The notes under the pieces: model-generated
The model's database searches: none
Seen by the model: only the letters and a program-made list of their open reading frames with translations
Told to the model about the DNA's origin: nothing
Position numbers and translations under genes: made by a program
Part shown: positions 21,131-32,700 of the stretch, piece after piece
Position numbering within the stretch: position 1 is the first letter of the stretch
How the letters are laid out: every line of letters begins with the position of its first letter
Source: an uncultured Acidobacteriota bacterium
Lineage (GTDB): Bacteria; Acidobacteriota; UBA6911
Direction: 5' to 3'
Assembly (NCBI GenBank): GCA_963827655.1
Contig: CAWHCF010000010.1
Span: forward strand, 96,001-160,000
Length of the DNA stretch: 64,000 nucleotides

Positions 21131-23278
21131 ATGAAGCTTGGGGACGGAATGTCCTACGAATTCGGTCTGTTCCGAATGGATGTTGCGGAGCACACGCTGC
21201 TGCGTGACGGCCATCCCGTGCAGCTCACGCCGAAAGTCTTCGATGTGCTCCGTGTGCTTGTTCAACACAGCGGCCATCTGGTTGAAAAGGAAACGCTACT
21301 ACGGGAAGTCTGGCCCGACTGTTTCATTGAAGAAGCTAATCTCAACCGGAGCATCTCGGTCCTCAGAAAAGCCTTAGGTGAGACTGCGGCGGGAAGCACG
21401 TTTATCGAAACGGTACCGAAGCGCGGATACCGTTTCACCGCAACGGTTAAAGTGGTCGGCAATCACGTCGACTCGATGGTGAAACCCGAAGGGCCAGCCC
21501 TCAGTTCCGTTCTAATTCCCGAGCTTGCTCCGCGCAACGAGACTGTCCGGATTTCCCGGCGCATTTCGGGTCCTGTTGTTGTTGTCGTTGCCTTATTCGT
21601 CGTCTGCGCTATTGCCTTTATCCCTGTACTAGTACCGCGTGTCTGGAAGAAGCCAGCTTCTGAAGTCCGCCTGAAGCAGGCTGAGTGGAAGCAACTTACC
21701 TCAGAGACTTTGGGCGCCATCAAACCGGTTTTTTCTACAAAGGGAAATATTCTCCACATCGCTAATGGGGCCATCCACGTCAGAGATGTCTCAGGGGACG
21801 GTCTCCTGCAGATTACCGAAGAGATTAATCCGAGTGGAGACATGCCTGTATTTACAGCCGATGGCAGCCATGTTGTCTTTTCGATGCCGCGGAGCGGGGC
21901 AGAAGGGAGTCGTTCTTATGACTTATGGATGGTTCCAAGTATTGGTGGCGCTCCGAAGCTTTTCATTCGCGGGGCCAGTGGCGCGGGGTTCTCTCCAGAT
22001 GGGAAGTGGGTCGCTTATACGAAATACCTTTCGTCCCGGACAGCTCTCTGGATCAGTAGCGCATCCGATTTGAATAAGAATAGTGAGGTGGCGAGTCCTG
22101 GTTTTGTACCGCGATGGTCACCTGACGGAAAGTGGCTCGTCTATACTAGCTGCGACCCGAATCGCGAAACGGGAAGCATCTGGATTTCGTCAATTTTATT
22201 TTCAGATGATGGGAAACTAACTCTGGGACAACGAAAGGAGTTGACTAGAGAGAAGGAGCGAATCTATGGCATGACGTGGACTGCGGATAGCCGCTCGATC
22301 ATTTACGCGGCGAGCCGTAATGGCCCATGGCATCTTTACAGGCTCTCGATTCTCGACGGCTCAGTGACGCCTGTAACTACGGGCATGGGCGATTACTCCT
22401 CCCCATCCATATCTCCCGACGGAAAGACGCTGCTCTGCTGGCATGGTATGCCCGTCATAAATCTGGTCACCCTCGATGGCCTGACAAGTTCCAAAGAAAC
22501 CCATAGCACTCAGGACGAATATCATCTCTGGCCCAGACTTTCTCCTTCGGCAAACCGAGTGGTCAGCGTCATGCGGCGGCCTGATTCCGATCAGCATCTT
22601 TATTTAACCGACCTCAAGACCATGAAACGCTTGCGATTGAGCGACCGCTCGGCCCGTCATCCCTGCTGGATAGATGAAGAAACCGTTGCTTACCTGGAAG
22701 ATACTCCTTCCGGAGATACAGAAGTTCGCGTAGCGAACATTGCTGCCGGCATCAGAACCTCGTTGACGCAGTTTTCTGGCACCGCTGTCTGGCTGGCGGT
22801 CGATCCGACCACCAAGAGACGAGTCGCCGTAGCGATGAAATCACCGGGCGGAATGCAGCGGATTGTGCTGCGAGATCTCGATAAGCAACAGGATGACCGG
22901 ATAGTTGTCCAAGGTGGGGAATATGAGCAACTCCGTTGGTCGCCTGACGGGTCAGCCATTTCATGGAGTGGAACTGAGCGCTCATCGAACGAGACAAACA
23001 ATGGCATCTGGGTGTTTGATCTTAGGAAGTCAGTACCCTATCGCCTAGTCGCAGACGGTTACGGGCCGGTATGGAGCAGGGACAGCTCCATTATCTTTTT
23101 TTCCAGGATCCGTGATTACTCTGGCTTGTGGTGCCTCGATTTAGAACAAAAAAGAGAGAGGCAGGTTCGCAGTTGGAGTGCCAGTTCCCGCCATGATTTC
23201 GATCTCGTGGGTGAGCGGCTGTTGCTTGCGTACGAAGCTGGGCGAGGTCAGGTCTATTCCATGTCTCTGGACCAGTAA
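21131..23278 (+). CDS. CadC/ToxR-like membrane-anchored regulator: OmpR-type winged helix + TM + TolB-like propeller
   Basis: YEFGLFRMDV..LTPKVFDVLRVLV..EEANLNRSISVLRKAL..IETVPKRGYRF; TM VVVVVALFVVCAIAFIPVLV; multiple SPDG repeats. Confidence 0.92.
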   Translation: MKLGDGMSYEFGLFRMDVAEHTLLRDGHPVQLTPKVFDVLRVLVQHSGHLVEKETLLREVWPDCFIEEANLNRSISVLRKALGETAAGSTFIETVPKRGYRFTATVKVVGNHVDSMVKPEGPALSSVLIPELAPRNETVRISRRISGPVVVVVALFVVCAIAFIPVLVPRVWKKPASEVRLKQAEWKQLTSETLGAIKPVFSTKGNILHIANGAIHVRDVSGDGLLQITEEINPSGDMPVFTADGSHVVFSMPRSGAEGSRSYDLWMVPSIGGAPKLFIRGASGAGFSPDGKWVAYTKYLSSRTALWISSASDLNKNSEVASPGFVPRWSPDGKWLVYTSCDPNRETGSIWISSILFSDDGKLTLGQRKELTREKERIYGMTWTADSRSIIYAASRNGPWHLYRLSILDGSVTPVTTGMGDYSSPSISPDGKTLLCWHGMPVINLVTLDGLTSSKETHSTQDEYHLWPRLSPSANRVVSVMRRPDSDQHLYLTDLKTMKRLRLSDRSARHPCWIDEETVAYLEDTPSGDTEVRVANIAAGIRTSLTQFSGTAVWLAVDPTTKRRVAVAMKSPGGMQRIVLRDLDKQQDDRIVVQGGEYEQLRWSPDGSAISWSGTERSSNETNNGIWVFDLRKSVPYRLVADGYGPVWSRDSSIIFFSRIRDYSGLWCLDLEQKRERQVRSWSASSRHDFDLVGERLLLAYEAGRGQVYSMSLDQ

Positions 23279-23509
23279 CCCGGAGTGACCCATCATAGCA
23301 AAGCGGCTGTGTACGATCTTCAACCTGATATCCGACTGTATGATAACGAGCGCGTCTCGGCGCGACTGTCATCAAGAACCTCTCTGGGCGCGGCACAGGC
23401 TGGAGCAGTGGTAATCGGATTTGACGTAATGAGTCACATGTCTGGCTAAGGGTGCGGCGGAAGAACGCGTGGGAGCAGGTCACGGCCGCCGGGGCCGGTC
23501 TCCCGCCCT

Positions 23510-24872
23510 TCAGGCCGGCGGCGTTAACCTCTTTACTTCGCCGACAAGCTCGGCGACCGGCTCTCCCGTGGTGTCGTTCACGGAATTGGCAATTTTCACG
23601 GGCCGGCCGATCGGGTGCATGTACTCCTTGTGCCAATCGATGCCGAATGCCTTGTACACCGTGGCGAACAGGTCCCCGATGGTCGTCCTGCGGCCGTCGG
23701 CGAGGTAGGCGCCGCGCTCGTCGCTCTTGCCAATGACCTGTCCTCCGCGGATCCCGCCTCCTCCTATCGCGAGCGACCAGCAGTGAGACCAGTGATCGCG
23801 CCCGGCCGCCGGATTCAGGAAGGGCGTGCGGCCGAACTCGCCCATGGCGAGCACGATCGTCGACTCGAGGAGCCCCCGGGCCTCGAGATCGTCGAGCAGC
23901 GTCGAAAGCGCCTGATCGAGCTGCGGCACGAGTTCGTCGCGGTGCTTCTTGTTGTTGTCGCCATGCGTGTCCCAGGCGTTGAACGGATATCCCGCGGCCG
24001 TGACGAAGCGGCTTCCGGCCTCGACCAGCCGGCGCGCCAGAAGCACGCTCTGGCCGAAGCCGTTGCGTCCGTACTGCATCCCGAACCTTGTCCGGCTCCT
24101 CGGCGATGTCGAACGCCTTCCTGACCTCGGGGGCGAGGATCATCGCGCGCGCCTGGTCGGTGAAGGCGTCCGTCGGGCTCTGTTCGGCGGCCTGGACCCG
24201 CTCACGGTAGAGGCGATCGACGATCCTGAGGAACCCGCGCCGGTCCTCGAGCCGTTCGACGGTGATGGACTTCGGCAGAACCAGGTCGGGTGGCCGGAAG
24301 TCCTTCGCGCTGGGATCCGGAATCACCAGCGGATCGCACTCTGCCCCGAGAAAGGCCGCCCGGAATGATTCCTCATACTGCCGCTGGCTCTCCCACTGCG
24401 GCGCCAGGACGTGCGGAGGCACGGCTCCCCGCGCGCCCAGTTCCTTGGTGATCACCGCCCCGAAACTCGGGAATTCCATGGCCGGATTGGGGCGGTGGCC
24501 CGTAAGGGCATAGTAGGTAGCCTGGGGATGATTGTTCTCTTCCGTGTACATCGAACGGATCAGCGCCAGCTTGTCCATACGCCGCGCGACACGCGGCATC
24601 AGCTCGGACACCTGAATGCCTGGTACGTTGGTCGAGATCGGGTGGAACGGGCTGCCCGGCTTCGGATCCCACGTGTCCATCTGGCTGGGACCACCCTCCA
24701 GCCACAGAAGGATACAGGCCTGCGCCTTCCCGCCAGGGGAGCCCAAAGCGTGCCGCAATTGAAGGTACTGGCCCAGGCTGATTCCGAGAAACCCAAGCGA
24801 GCCGACACGCAGGAAGTCGCGCCGGCCCAGGCTTTCTGTAGTGCAGTGGAGACATCCAGTTTGCATCGACAT
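23510..24872 (-). CDS. DUF1501 domain protein (Tat-like RR leader); frameshift at ~24078
   Basis: RRDFLRVG; ILLWLEGGPSQMDTWDPKP; LLARRLVEAGSRFV; WDTH; MGEFGRTP; GRDHW; GGGIRGGQVIG. Confidence 0.9.
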
Positions 24873-24874
24873 CC

Positions 24875-27373
24875 TCAATGATTGTGCGTGAATTCCTCGG
24901 AGCTCAGGATCGCCCAAAGGAGATCTTCGACCGCCTGCCGCCGGGACGTGCGGCGCGTCGCCGCCTCGAGAGCCGCCTCGAGTTCGCCGAGCTCGCGCGT
25001 GTCCGGCCGCCGGGAGAGTGCCGCGAGATAGAGCTCGTGGATCATCTCACGGCTGGAGACACGACTCCTGACGAGTCGATCCACTCGACCGCCGTCGGCG
25101 GCAAGCTTATCGGTATAGGTTTCGCCCGCGAGCTGGTGGAGCGTCTGACCCAGGCTGGGCTTGGCGCTGCGCTCCGGCAGGGTTGCGCGGCTCGGGCGGC
25201 CATGCAGCTCGAGGAACCGGCAGGGATACATGTCGGGCTCGTCCAGTTCGATCGCGCGCGTGCCCGGCGGCGCCATGCCCCCGTTCGGGAGCTTGAAGAC
25301 CTCCGTGGTTTCGGTCACGCGCGAGACGGCATCGAGCAGGATCTCGGCGTCGAGCCGACGCGGAAGCGCGCGGCTATAGTTAATCTTGTCGTCGCGGTTG
25401 GTTTCGTTGGGCGCGCTCGAGAGCTGGTACGTCCGGGACGAAACGATCCGCCGCATGAGGTGCTTGAGATCGTACCTGTGGCTGCGGAAATCCTCGGCCA
25501 GCGCGGCGAGCAGCTCCGGATGCGTTGCCGGATTGCCTGGCCGGAAATCATCGACGGGGTCGACGATGCCCCGGCTGAAGAAGTGGCTCCAGATCCGGTT
25601 CGCAGCCGCCTCGGCAAAATACGGGTGCGCGGTGACCCAGCGGGCCAGAGCCCGCCGGGGGTCCTTCCGTTGCTCGGCCGGCAGCGCGGTACCATCAAGA
25701 AATGCCGGCTCGACCTCGTGGCTCGTCCGGGGATTCATCACCCTGCCCATGTTCCCGCGCCGGCTGTACCCGTCGGCGTCATCGGCGACGATGGTCTCGA
25801 CCCCGATGTCGCCATACCAGTAGAACGTGAGGCGGCGGAAGAAGGCTGCCAGGCCCCAGAACTGGTTTTGAGTCCAGTTTTCGAACGGATGATCGTGGCA
25901 TTGCGCGCAGTCCATCCGGCGGCCCAGAAACGCGCGTACCTGCTCCGACGCGGCGTCCTGGGGCAGCGGAGGCTGCAGGATTGGAAGATAATGCCGGGAC
26001 GGCCCGTCATACCCCTGCGCCGCAATGCGTTCGCCGGCGATCTCGTCGTACGGCCGGTTCTCGGCGATGGCGCGCCGCAACCACTCGCCGTATGCCTGGC
26101 TGTATTTGGGATTGCCGCCATTCGGGTGCAGAGCGACGCGGAAAAGGTCGCCGAAGCGGAACGTCCAGTAGTCGACATACTCCGGCGTCTCGAGCAGGCG
26201 ATCGACCAGTTTCTCGCGCTTCCGCGGGTCGCGGTCGGCCAGAAACTCGTCGACGCGTTCATGTGGAGGCAGCGTTCCTGTCAAATCGAGGCAGACCCGC
26301 CGGAGGAACTCCGCGTCGCTCGAAAGCTCGGACGGCAGGATATGAAGCTTCCGGAGCTTTCCGAACACGAATTCGTCGATGAAGTTCCGTTGCTCGACCT
26401 CCGGGTAGCGCGCCAGCGCGCGCGGGATCACGGCGATCCGCGCCGTCGCAACTTTCCCCGGCGCGCGCACGAGGACCGCCGCTTCGCCTGGCCGCCGGGC
26501 CTCGGCACGCCCCCGCTCATCAATTGTGAGAACTTCGGGATTGAGGGATTCATACAGGACGGATTCCGTCACGTCCTGCCGCCCGCCGCCGGCAAGATGC
26601 GCAGTCACGATCATCTGCTGTTTCGAGCCGGTCAGCATCACGGCGTCGCGCGGGAACGGCTCGACCCGTTCCACCCGCGGGCTCTCATCGGTATACGGAG
26701 CGCCGTTGGCGATCCATTCGGCGAGCGTCTTGTAGTCTCGCGAGCCGGGCTCGATGCGGTAGCCGCCGCCGTGAGTTACGGCAAATGTCGGCTTCATCAG
26801 AAGCAGGCTCTTGCCCGGCTCACTCGGGTTCACGCGGGGCAAGATCGGCGGGGCCACAGCGTCGGTGAGGACCTGGTAGGTTCCGCCTTTGACAATCCAG
26901 CGGTAGTCCTCGCGAGGGTCGCTGCCGTGGAGCGAAAGCTTCAATCCGCCCCGCCCCTTCACTCCGCCGTGGCAGCCGGAGCCGTTACAGCCATTGCGGG
27001 TCAAGACCGCTTCGACGTCCCAGGCAAACGTCGAGGCGCGCGGGAGGCGGACATCGCGAACCCGCACGGTTGCTTCCGCAACGCCTCCCTGGTAATCGAC
27101 CCGCAGGATCGCGTCGCCATCAGCGAGCGCGGTCACACGGCCCTCGAGGTCCACCACAATCGTAGAAGTATTTTTCGTCGTGAAGCGGCACTGGGAGGTA
27201 ACGTCGCGTTCGAGACCGTCGACGCCCTTCGCAAGCGCCACGAACCGCTGCGTGGCGGCGGCGCCCGACAGAGTCGTTTCGGCGGGAACCAGGCGGAGCG
27301 CGGGAGGGGCCGCGGCTACAAGCGGACCACTTCCGACGACAGCCAGCAGGATCAGGCGCAAGCCAAATTTCAT
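24875..27373 (-). CDS. DUF1549/DUF1553 (PSCyt2/PSD1) protein with Ig-like domains
   Basis: CNGSGCHG; NFIDEFV; DAEFLRRVCLDLTGTLP; CAQCHDHPFENWTQ; GIVDPVDD; THPELL; DLLWAILSSEEF. Confidence 0.92.
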   Translation of the reverse strand: MKFGLRLILLAVVGSGPLVAAAPPALRLVPAETTLSGAAATQRFVALAKGVDGLERDVTSQCRFTTKNTSTIVVDLEGRVTALADGDAILRVDYQGGVAEATVRVRDVRLPRASTFAWDVEAVLTRNGCNGSGCHGGVKGRGGLKLSLHGSDPREDYRWIVKGGTYQVLTDAVAPPILPRVNPSEPGKSLLLMKPTFAVTHGGGYRIEPGSRDYKTLAEWIANGAPYTDESPRVERVEPFPRDAVMLTGSKQQMIVTAHLAGGGRQDVTESVLYESLNPEVLTIDERGRAEARRPGEAAVLVRAPGKVATARIAVIPRALARYPEVEQRNFIDEFVFGKLRKLHILPSELSSDAEFLRRVCLDLTGTLPPHERVDEFLADRDPRKREKLVDRLLETPEYVDYWTFRFGDLFRVALHPNGGNPKYSQAYGEWLRRAIAENRPYDEIAGERIAAQGYDGPSRHYLPILQPPLPQDAASEQVRAFLGRRMDCAQCHDHPFENWTQNQFWGLAAFFRRLTFYWYGDIGVETIVADDADGYSRRGNMGRVMNPRTSHEVEPAFLDGTALPAEQRKDPRRALARWVTAHPYFAEAAANRIWSHFFSRGIVDPVDDFRPGNPATHPELLAALAEDFRSHRYDLKHLMRRIVSSRTYQLSSAPNETNRDDKINYSRALPRRLDAEILLDAVSRVTETTEVFKLPNGGMAPPGTRAIELDEPDMYPCRFLELHGRPSRATLPERSAKPSLGQTLHQLAGETYTDKLAADGGRVDRLVRSRVSSREMIHELYLAALSRRPDTRELGELEAALEAATRRTSRRQAVEDLLWAILSSEEFTHNH

Positions 27374-27377
27374 CTCC

Positions 27378-29177
27378 TCAACTCCCAGCGCGGACGACCA
27401 TCAGTAGAAGCTCGTGCACCGTAATGGTAGCACCCAGCCGGCCACGCACGACCGGTGTCGCCTTGAGGCGCACGGTCGCAGGCAGCCTGGTCTCGGCCGC
27501 ATCGGGGCGCGCCACGAACAGCATCGTCGCGGTGCGGGCGACCGGCCGGTAGCGCTCCTTTTTGCCTTCGTCGATGACACCCGGACGTTCGGGCTCGACC
27601 TCGGTGGCCGGGAGCGCATCGACGCCGGCGGGCAGCCCTTCGACCGTGAGGGCGACCTCTCCATCATATCCTTCTTCCTGCTCAGTCAATACCGTGACCT
27701 TCTTCGCCTGGCCAGGCTCGAGGTTCAGCCGATCGGCCTCGCGTCCCCGTCTCACGTTGCCATCGGTGAGGGGCTGGAAACCGAGTCCCGCCTCCACCCT
27801 TCCCATATGGGGCAACTGTCGCCGCACCAGAACGCGGTAGCGGAAGTCCGGGCCGCCGTGGCGTGCGGTGACCTCTTCGATGCGCAAGCGATACTCGCCG
27901 CCCCGCTCGAAGCTCGCGGTGACTTTGGGTTCGATCGTCTTCTCGATGAATTCGCCGCTTCCCTGGACATAGGCGTATACGTTGTTGACCAGTTCACGGC
28001 CGCCCGCGTCGACGACCGCAACGCGCGGCGTGAAGAGCGGCGCCGGCCGCTCGGAGGTCTCGATTTCGAAGGCCAGCCGGGCACCGTCGGTGATACCGAA
28101 GCGGAACCAGTCGACGTCTCCCGGCCGGTCGATAGCGCCCTCGATGAGCGATGGCACTGCGGATTCGAGCGCCTCCTGCTCGCCGTCGTTCGGTTCCCGC
28201 TCCGGAATCCGGACGAGCGCGGGTCTCTCCGCGTCGGACGGCGCCTCTTTCGCCGGTGGAGCCGCGACGGTCCGCGAAGCGACGAGGTCGAGCCGGTCCA
28301 GATCCAGACGGCGAGTGAAGCTCCGCTCGTCCCATCGTCCAGGGTTCGGATGCGCCAGGAGCGGATCCGAGAAGCAAGGCGCCGCTGGTAGTGCGACCCG
28401 CAGCAAGTAACAGTAGTCCGGGCCTCCGCGCCCGAGGAAGCTCGCCACTGACACGACGTAACGACCCGACTTTGCGAACCGGTGGGTCAAGTTCGGGTTC
28501 CTGTTGCGCGACGCGGTGTTCGACTCGTCAATATGGGCCAGGCTGCGCCAGCGCTGCGGATCGAACCAGCTGCCGGCCGGCTCGTAGATCGTAATCTGCG
28601 CGTCCAGGCGATCGGCCGCGACCACCTCGAACCGGAGCTCCTGTTGAGCGGCTGCCTCGAACACGTAGGAGTCGACCTCGCCGTCCTGCGCGATCCGGCC
28701 GCTGACGGCCGCCGGAACGCTGAGGCGGAGCGCCCTGAGATTCGCTTCCTGGGTTAACTGTGCCTCTTCGCCCGCCGGGTCGTCATGGACCACGAACGAG
28801 ACGGCGTTCGACACTCCACGCGGCGACACCACGCGGACCGAGTGGACACCGAGGGCGGCTCCCGGAGCGAGCGCGAGCTCCGTGACAACCCGGTACGTCT
28901 TCGGTCGTTGCTTTTTGACATCCGAAGTTTCGACCGCCGGCAACTCCTCAACCGCGCGGATTGTCCCCTGCAGTTCAGGACAGTCCGTCCAGAGGGCATA
29001 AGCTCCTTCCAGGGCCTGGCCTCGAATCTCGCACTGGGCGGCACCGCCACGGCGAGCCCCGAGCGGTGCTATCGACGAGAGCTGGGGCTCCGGCGCCGGC
29101 GTCTGCGCTACCACGCAGATGCCTGACATGGCGAGGAGCGGCAGCAAGAGAAGGGTCGTCGCGAGCTTCATAATCAA
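27378..29177 (-). CDS. Secreted PPC (pre-peptidase C-terminal) repeat protein of the planctomycete-type DUF1501 cluster
   Basis: Signal peptide; PLGARRG; VRVVSPRGVSN; GRIAQDGEVDSYVF; EREPND; GAIDRPGDVDWFRF. Confidence 0.8.
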   Translation of the reverse strand: MIMKLATTLLLLPLLAMSGICVVAQTPAPEPQLSSIAPLGARRGGAAQCEIRGQALEGAYALWTDCPELQGTIRAVEELPAVETSDVKKQRPKTYRVVTELALAPGAALGVHSVRVVSPRGVSNAVSFVVHDDPAGEEAQLTQEANLRALRLSVPAAVSGRIAQDGEVDSYVFEAAAQQELRFEVVAADRLDAQITIYEPAGSWFDPQRWRSLAHIDESNTASRNRNPNLTHRFAKSGRYVVSVASFLGRGGPDYCYLLRVALPAAPCFSDPLLAHPNPGRWDERSFTRRLDLDRLDLVASRTVAAPPAKEAPSDAERPALVRIPEREPNDGEQEALESAVPSLIEGAIDRPGDVDWFRFGITDGARLAFEIETSERPAPLFTPRVAVVDAGGRELVNNVYAYVQGSGEFIEKTIEPKVTASFERGGEYRLRIEEVTARHGGPDFRYRVLVRRQLPHMGRVEAGLGFQPLTDGNVRRGREADRLNLEPGQAKKVTVLTEQEEGYDGEVALTVEGLPAGVDALPATEVEPERPGVIDEGKKERYRPVARTATMLFVARPDAAETRLPATVRLKATPVVRGRLGATITVHELLLMVVRAGS

Positions 29178-29389
29178 GGCTACATCGTACCCCGAAACAC
29201 TACGCCATGCGACTGCTTCTTTGGAGTGGCAAGCAAGCGTAGCACCTGGAGCTTGTAAATTGGGGCGTCCGATTTCCTAGGATGGATTGTCCGACCGGCG
29301 CACAGAGTTCAACGCGCGGCCCGAAGGAGCCGGTTCAGCAATTCGGTAAGTAACGTAATTTGGGCAGAGTGGTCGGAGTTGGCCTTGGC

Positions 29390-29545
29390 ACCTCGCCCGG
29401 AGGAGCCGGACGGAAATTCAGCGCACGGCGCCAAGCGAAGCGCAGCCTGGGGTTTGGAGCGTATTATAGTCTGTTGCGCACAAGGAGCGCAGTGGCATTG
29501 ACCAGGCACGTCCAGGCCTCCGGTGGCGACGTGTCTTCGCCCGTG
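29390..29545. repeat. Degenerate copy of the CGCCCC..GGGGCG REP-like element
   Basis: caagcgaagcgcag..ggggtttg..attata..gcattga..cgtccag in the same order as 33297-33520. Confidence 0.55.
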
Positions 29546-29689
29546 AGTGACGGGGGCAGGGAAAACCTCTAGCCCTCGCTAAGTTCTTTCGTGCACTCTG
29601 GGGGCCGCGAGCTTGGCGTACCCGTTCGTAATGGACCGATGCGAGTGCTTGTAACGGTCCAGAGCTTACGCACTACCGGCCCTTGGGTC

Positions 29690-29709
29690 TGGCGAAGCTT
29701 GCTTCGCCA
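29690..29709. terminator. Short hairpin downstream of TBDR
   Basis: tggcgaag-cttg-cttcgcca, 8-bp stem; no clear U-tract. Confidence 0.35.
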
Positions 29710-29774
29710 TCTCGTCGTCAGAAGTTTACGGTCAGCCCAGCTTTTTCCGCGCGAGATCCTCCAGGCGTACTTGC

Positions 29775-32700
29775 CTAGAACACAAATTTCATTCCCAGCT
29801 GCATCGAGCGCGCCGACCCCGCTGAGAAGATCTTGCCTGTATCCGAAACACCGATGGTCGTGTTGGGATTGTTCAGATTCACATGATTGGGCATGTTGAA
29901 CATCTCCCAGCGGAACTGCAGGAACTTGGTCTCTCTGATGTAAAAGTTCTTGGTCAAGCTCGTGTCGAGTACATGGATGCCCGGACCGTCGATAAGGCCG
30001 ATCCCGGAGCTGCCGAATGTGTAGAGCGGAGGGGCCGCCAGCGCCTGAGGATTAAACCAGAGACTGGCGCTCGGGTTGTCGACTTCGAGCTCCCCAACCT
30101 GGTTTGGACGTGTGTTCCTTCCGTTGCCAAGCGTAGCTCCCGGCGTGGTGAAACTCAGCGGCGATCCCGAAGTGAAATTGTAGATGCCAGCCAGCTGCCA
30201 GCCTCCGAGTATCCCGTTAACCACTGGATGGGCGTCACTCAGGAATTTCCTTCCCCTTCCAAAAGGCAGCTCATATATGCCGTTAATGGCCAGTATATGG
30301 GTGCGATCAAACGTCGAACGACCCCGATCATAGCCTTCCGGACCAAACGGCGTCGTTCCCGGGAAGTCATCAATGTGCTTGGAAAAGGCATAGGAAAGCA
30401 GGTACGAGAGCCCGTCGCCAAACCGTTTTTCCCATTTCAACTGAGCCGAGTTGTAATAGGAGTCGCCAATGTTGTCGTAGATGGTGACCTCTCCAAACTT
30501 TGGCCAGGGCTTGGCAGCTTGCAGATCTGTATACAACCCCGGTCGTACTTCGTTAAAAGTGGGAGAGCCGAATACATCGGCAGTACGGTTCCCAACGTAC
30601 GAGACCGTCACCGCAGAATCACCCGGCATGGTCTTTTGAATTGACACGTTCCACTGGTGCGACTTGTTACTCACGATATCCACGCCGGGCGCGACCACGG
30701 ACGGCGTCACAAAGGATTGTGGATTCTCCGGCCACGCGTTTTCCCAACGCTGCAACGAGGAAGCGCTCCAGCCTGTCGATTCAAAAGTCCAGTAGGGCGG
30801 TCCAATGATCGACGATGCCGTTCGATTGCCGCTAAAGCTGCTGGTAAAGATGCCATACCCGGCCCGCACGACCAGGCCGCTGCTTCCGCCCGGGCGCCAG
30901 GCTATGCCCAAGCGCGGCGAGAAGTAGCCATTGGCTTTGAACAAGCCCGCCGGGGCGTCGGCCTGCGAAGCCGGGATCCAGAGATCTTTCGTGGCCTCGG
31001 CCAGGAATGGAGCAACCGGCTGCGAAGTCAAATCAACCCGGCCATCCTTGTCCTCGCCCGCGATCGACTTTCCAAGCTTCACATCGAAAGTGGCTACGTT
31101 CCCGCGCACTGCTGCCTTGTCATGCCAGTAGTCCCAGCGGAGTCCCAGATTGACAGTCAAGTTCGGTGAGACGTGCCAGAAGTCCTGAACATACAGCGCG
31201 GAATAAGGGGAGTTTGCCATGCCAAAAGTCTGAATGGGGTAGTTTCTCGCGGAATTCTGTACCAGGCCCAACAAGTAATCGGCAAAGCCGTCACCCGTGT
31301 ACTGACCGTTAAAAGTAAACGTGCCTCTGGAACAGCAAGAACCATGCCGGCCATAGGTGGTGCGGTTATTGTATTCATAGCCGAGGTTCAGTGAATGCGG
31401 CCCCCGAACCATGTTCACACTGGCCTTTCCGCTCTGCGACTCGAACCACAAGCGTCCTGGTGTTCCCCAGGGAGCGCCAAACCCCTCGTATCCGGTAAAA
31501 CCGACTGTCGGTAAACCAATCATCTCCTCTCTTCCGGGTGATGGAAATCCCTGAATCCCAGCCTGCTCGGTGAGGTTTTCTGTTCCCGCCACCGGCGTGG
31601 TGAAAAGATTGAGCGAGCGAAGATAATTGGCTCCCACGGTGAAAAGCGTCGTTGAAGTCATGGCATAAGTGTAATTGAGGCCGACATTCTGCTGCTTGGT
31701 ACTGTTGTCCTGGGTAACATCCGGCCGGTATTGAGGCAAGATCGTGCGCAAAGTCGTTGATGACGTACCGCCCGTAGATTCTCTGTTTGTCTGTGAGTTG
31801 CTGGTCGACCCGAACCATGATTTCGTCGGTATCGCTTGGCTGCGAAGCGACCGCCCGGAAGCGGCCATCCGCCGAATTCGGCTGCAGAATATAGGGGAAA
31901 AAGAATTTCGCGGAGCTGACGATCCGATCCGCCGGAATGATATTGCCAGGAAAGGGCTGTCCGGTCAGAGGGTCTCGGATCTGTCTGCTCGATGACGAGA
32001 AATTCCCTTGAAAGAACGCAGTCGGAACCGGAGTCGAATTGTAGATTCTCTCCTGCCGGATCCGGGTGCCCTCGTAACTGGTAAAGAAGAAGGTCTTGTC
32101 TCTGATGATCGGGCCGCCAATGCTGTAGCCGAATTGATTTCGAATAAGCTTCGGCTTGCTGGCGCCCGGTGATTTGGCGAACGTATTGAATGCGTCCAGC
32201 TTGTGGTTTCGGTGAAACTCCCACAATGTGCCATGAAACGCATTCGAGCCTGACCTGGTTACCGACAGTACCTGAAGCGCGTTCCGGCCATGTTCGGCGC
32301 TGAAATTGGCCGTCTCGACGTTGAACTCGGCGATCGTGTCTACATTCGGGATCCCGAATCCGCCTTCATCCATTCCAGCATTTGCGTTCAGCCCATCGAC
32401 CTGGAATTCGGTACCGCCTCCATCGCCCGTCCGGTTACCCAGGCCCTGAACCGTGATGCCTCTCTCCGGGCCCCCCTGTCCCAGATACCTCATGCCGGGA
32501 ATCAGTCTGACCAGTTCAACCGGATTCCTCCCGTTAAGTGGCAAATCAGCAATCAGTTTCGAGGCGATCGTTGCTTCCACCGATCCTTTTTCAGTCTGAA
32601 TAATCTCAGCTTGCGCCTCGATCGTGATCTTTTCCGTAATCGCCCCAACATCCAGAACCGGTGACAGCCGCTTCCGTTCACCCAGAGTCAATTCCACCCT

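Noticed and set aside
13117-23500. Integrated prophage, ICE or transposon explaining the visible base-composition shifts
   Set aside because: No integrase, transposase, phage genes, tRNA target or flanking direct repeats found.
23091-24078. Arg-rich tail of the 608-aa ORF 23091..24917
   Set aside because: Frameshift product. The true DUF1501 C-terminus is in ORF 23510..24079.
24878-27424. 848-aa + strand ORF (similar long antisense ORFs at 7648-9246, 13219-15006, 44616-45941, 59006-60733)
   Set aside because: Antisense shadows of well-supported genes in high-GC DNA; no recognisable motifs.
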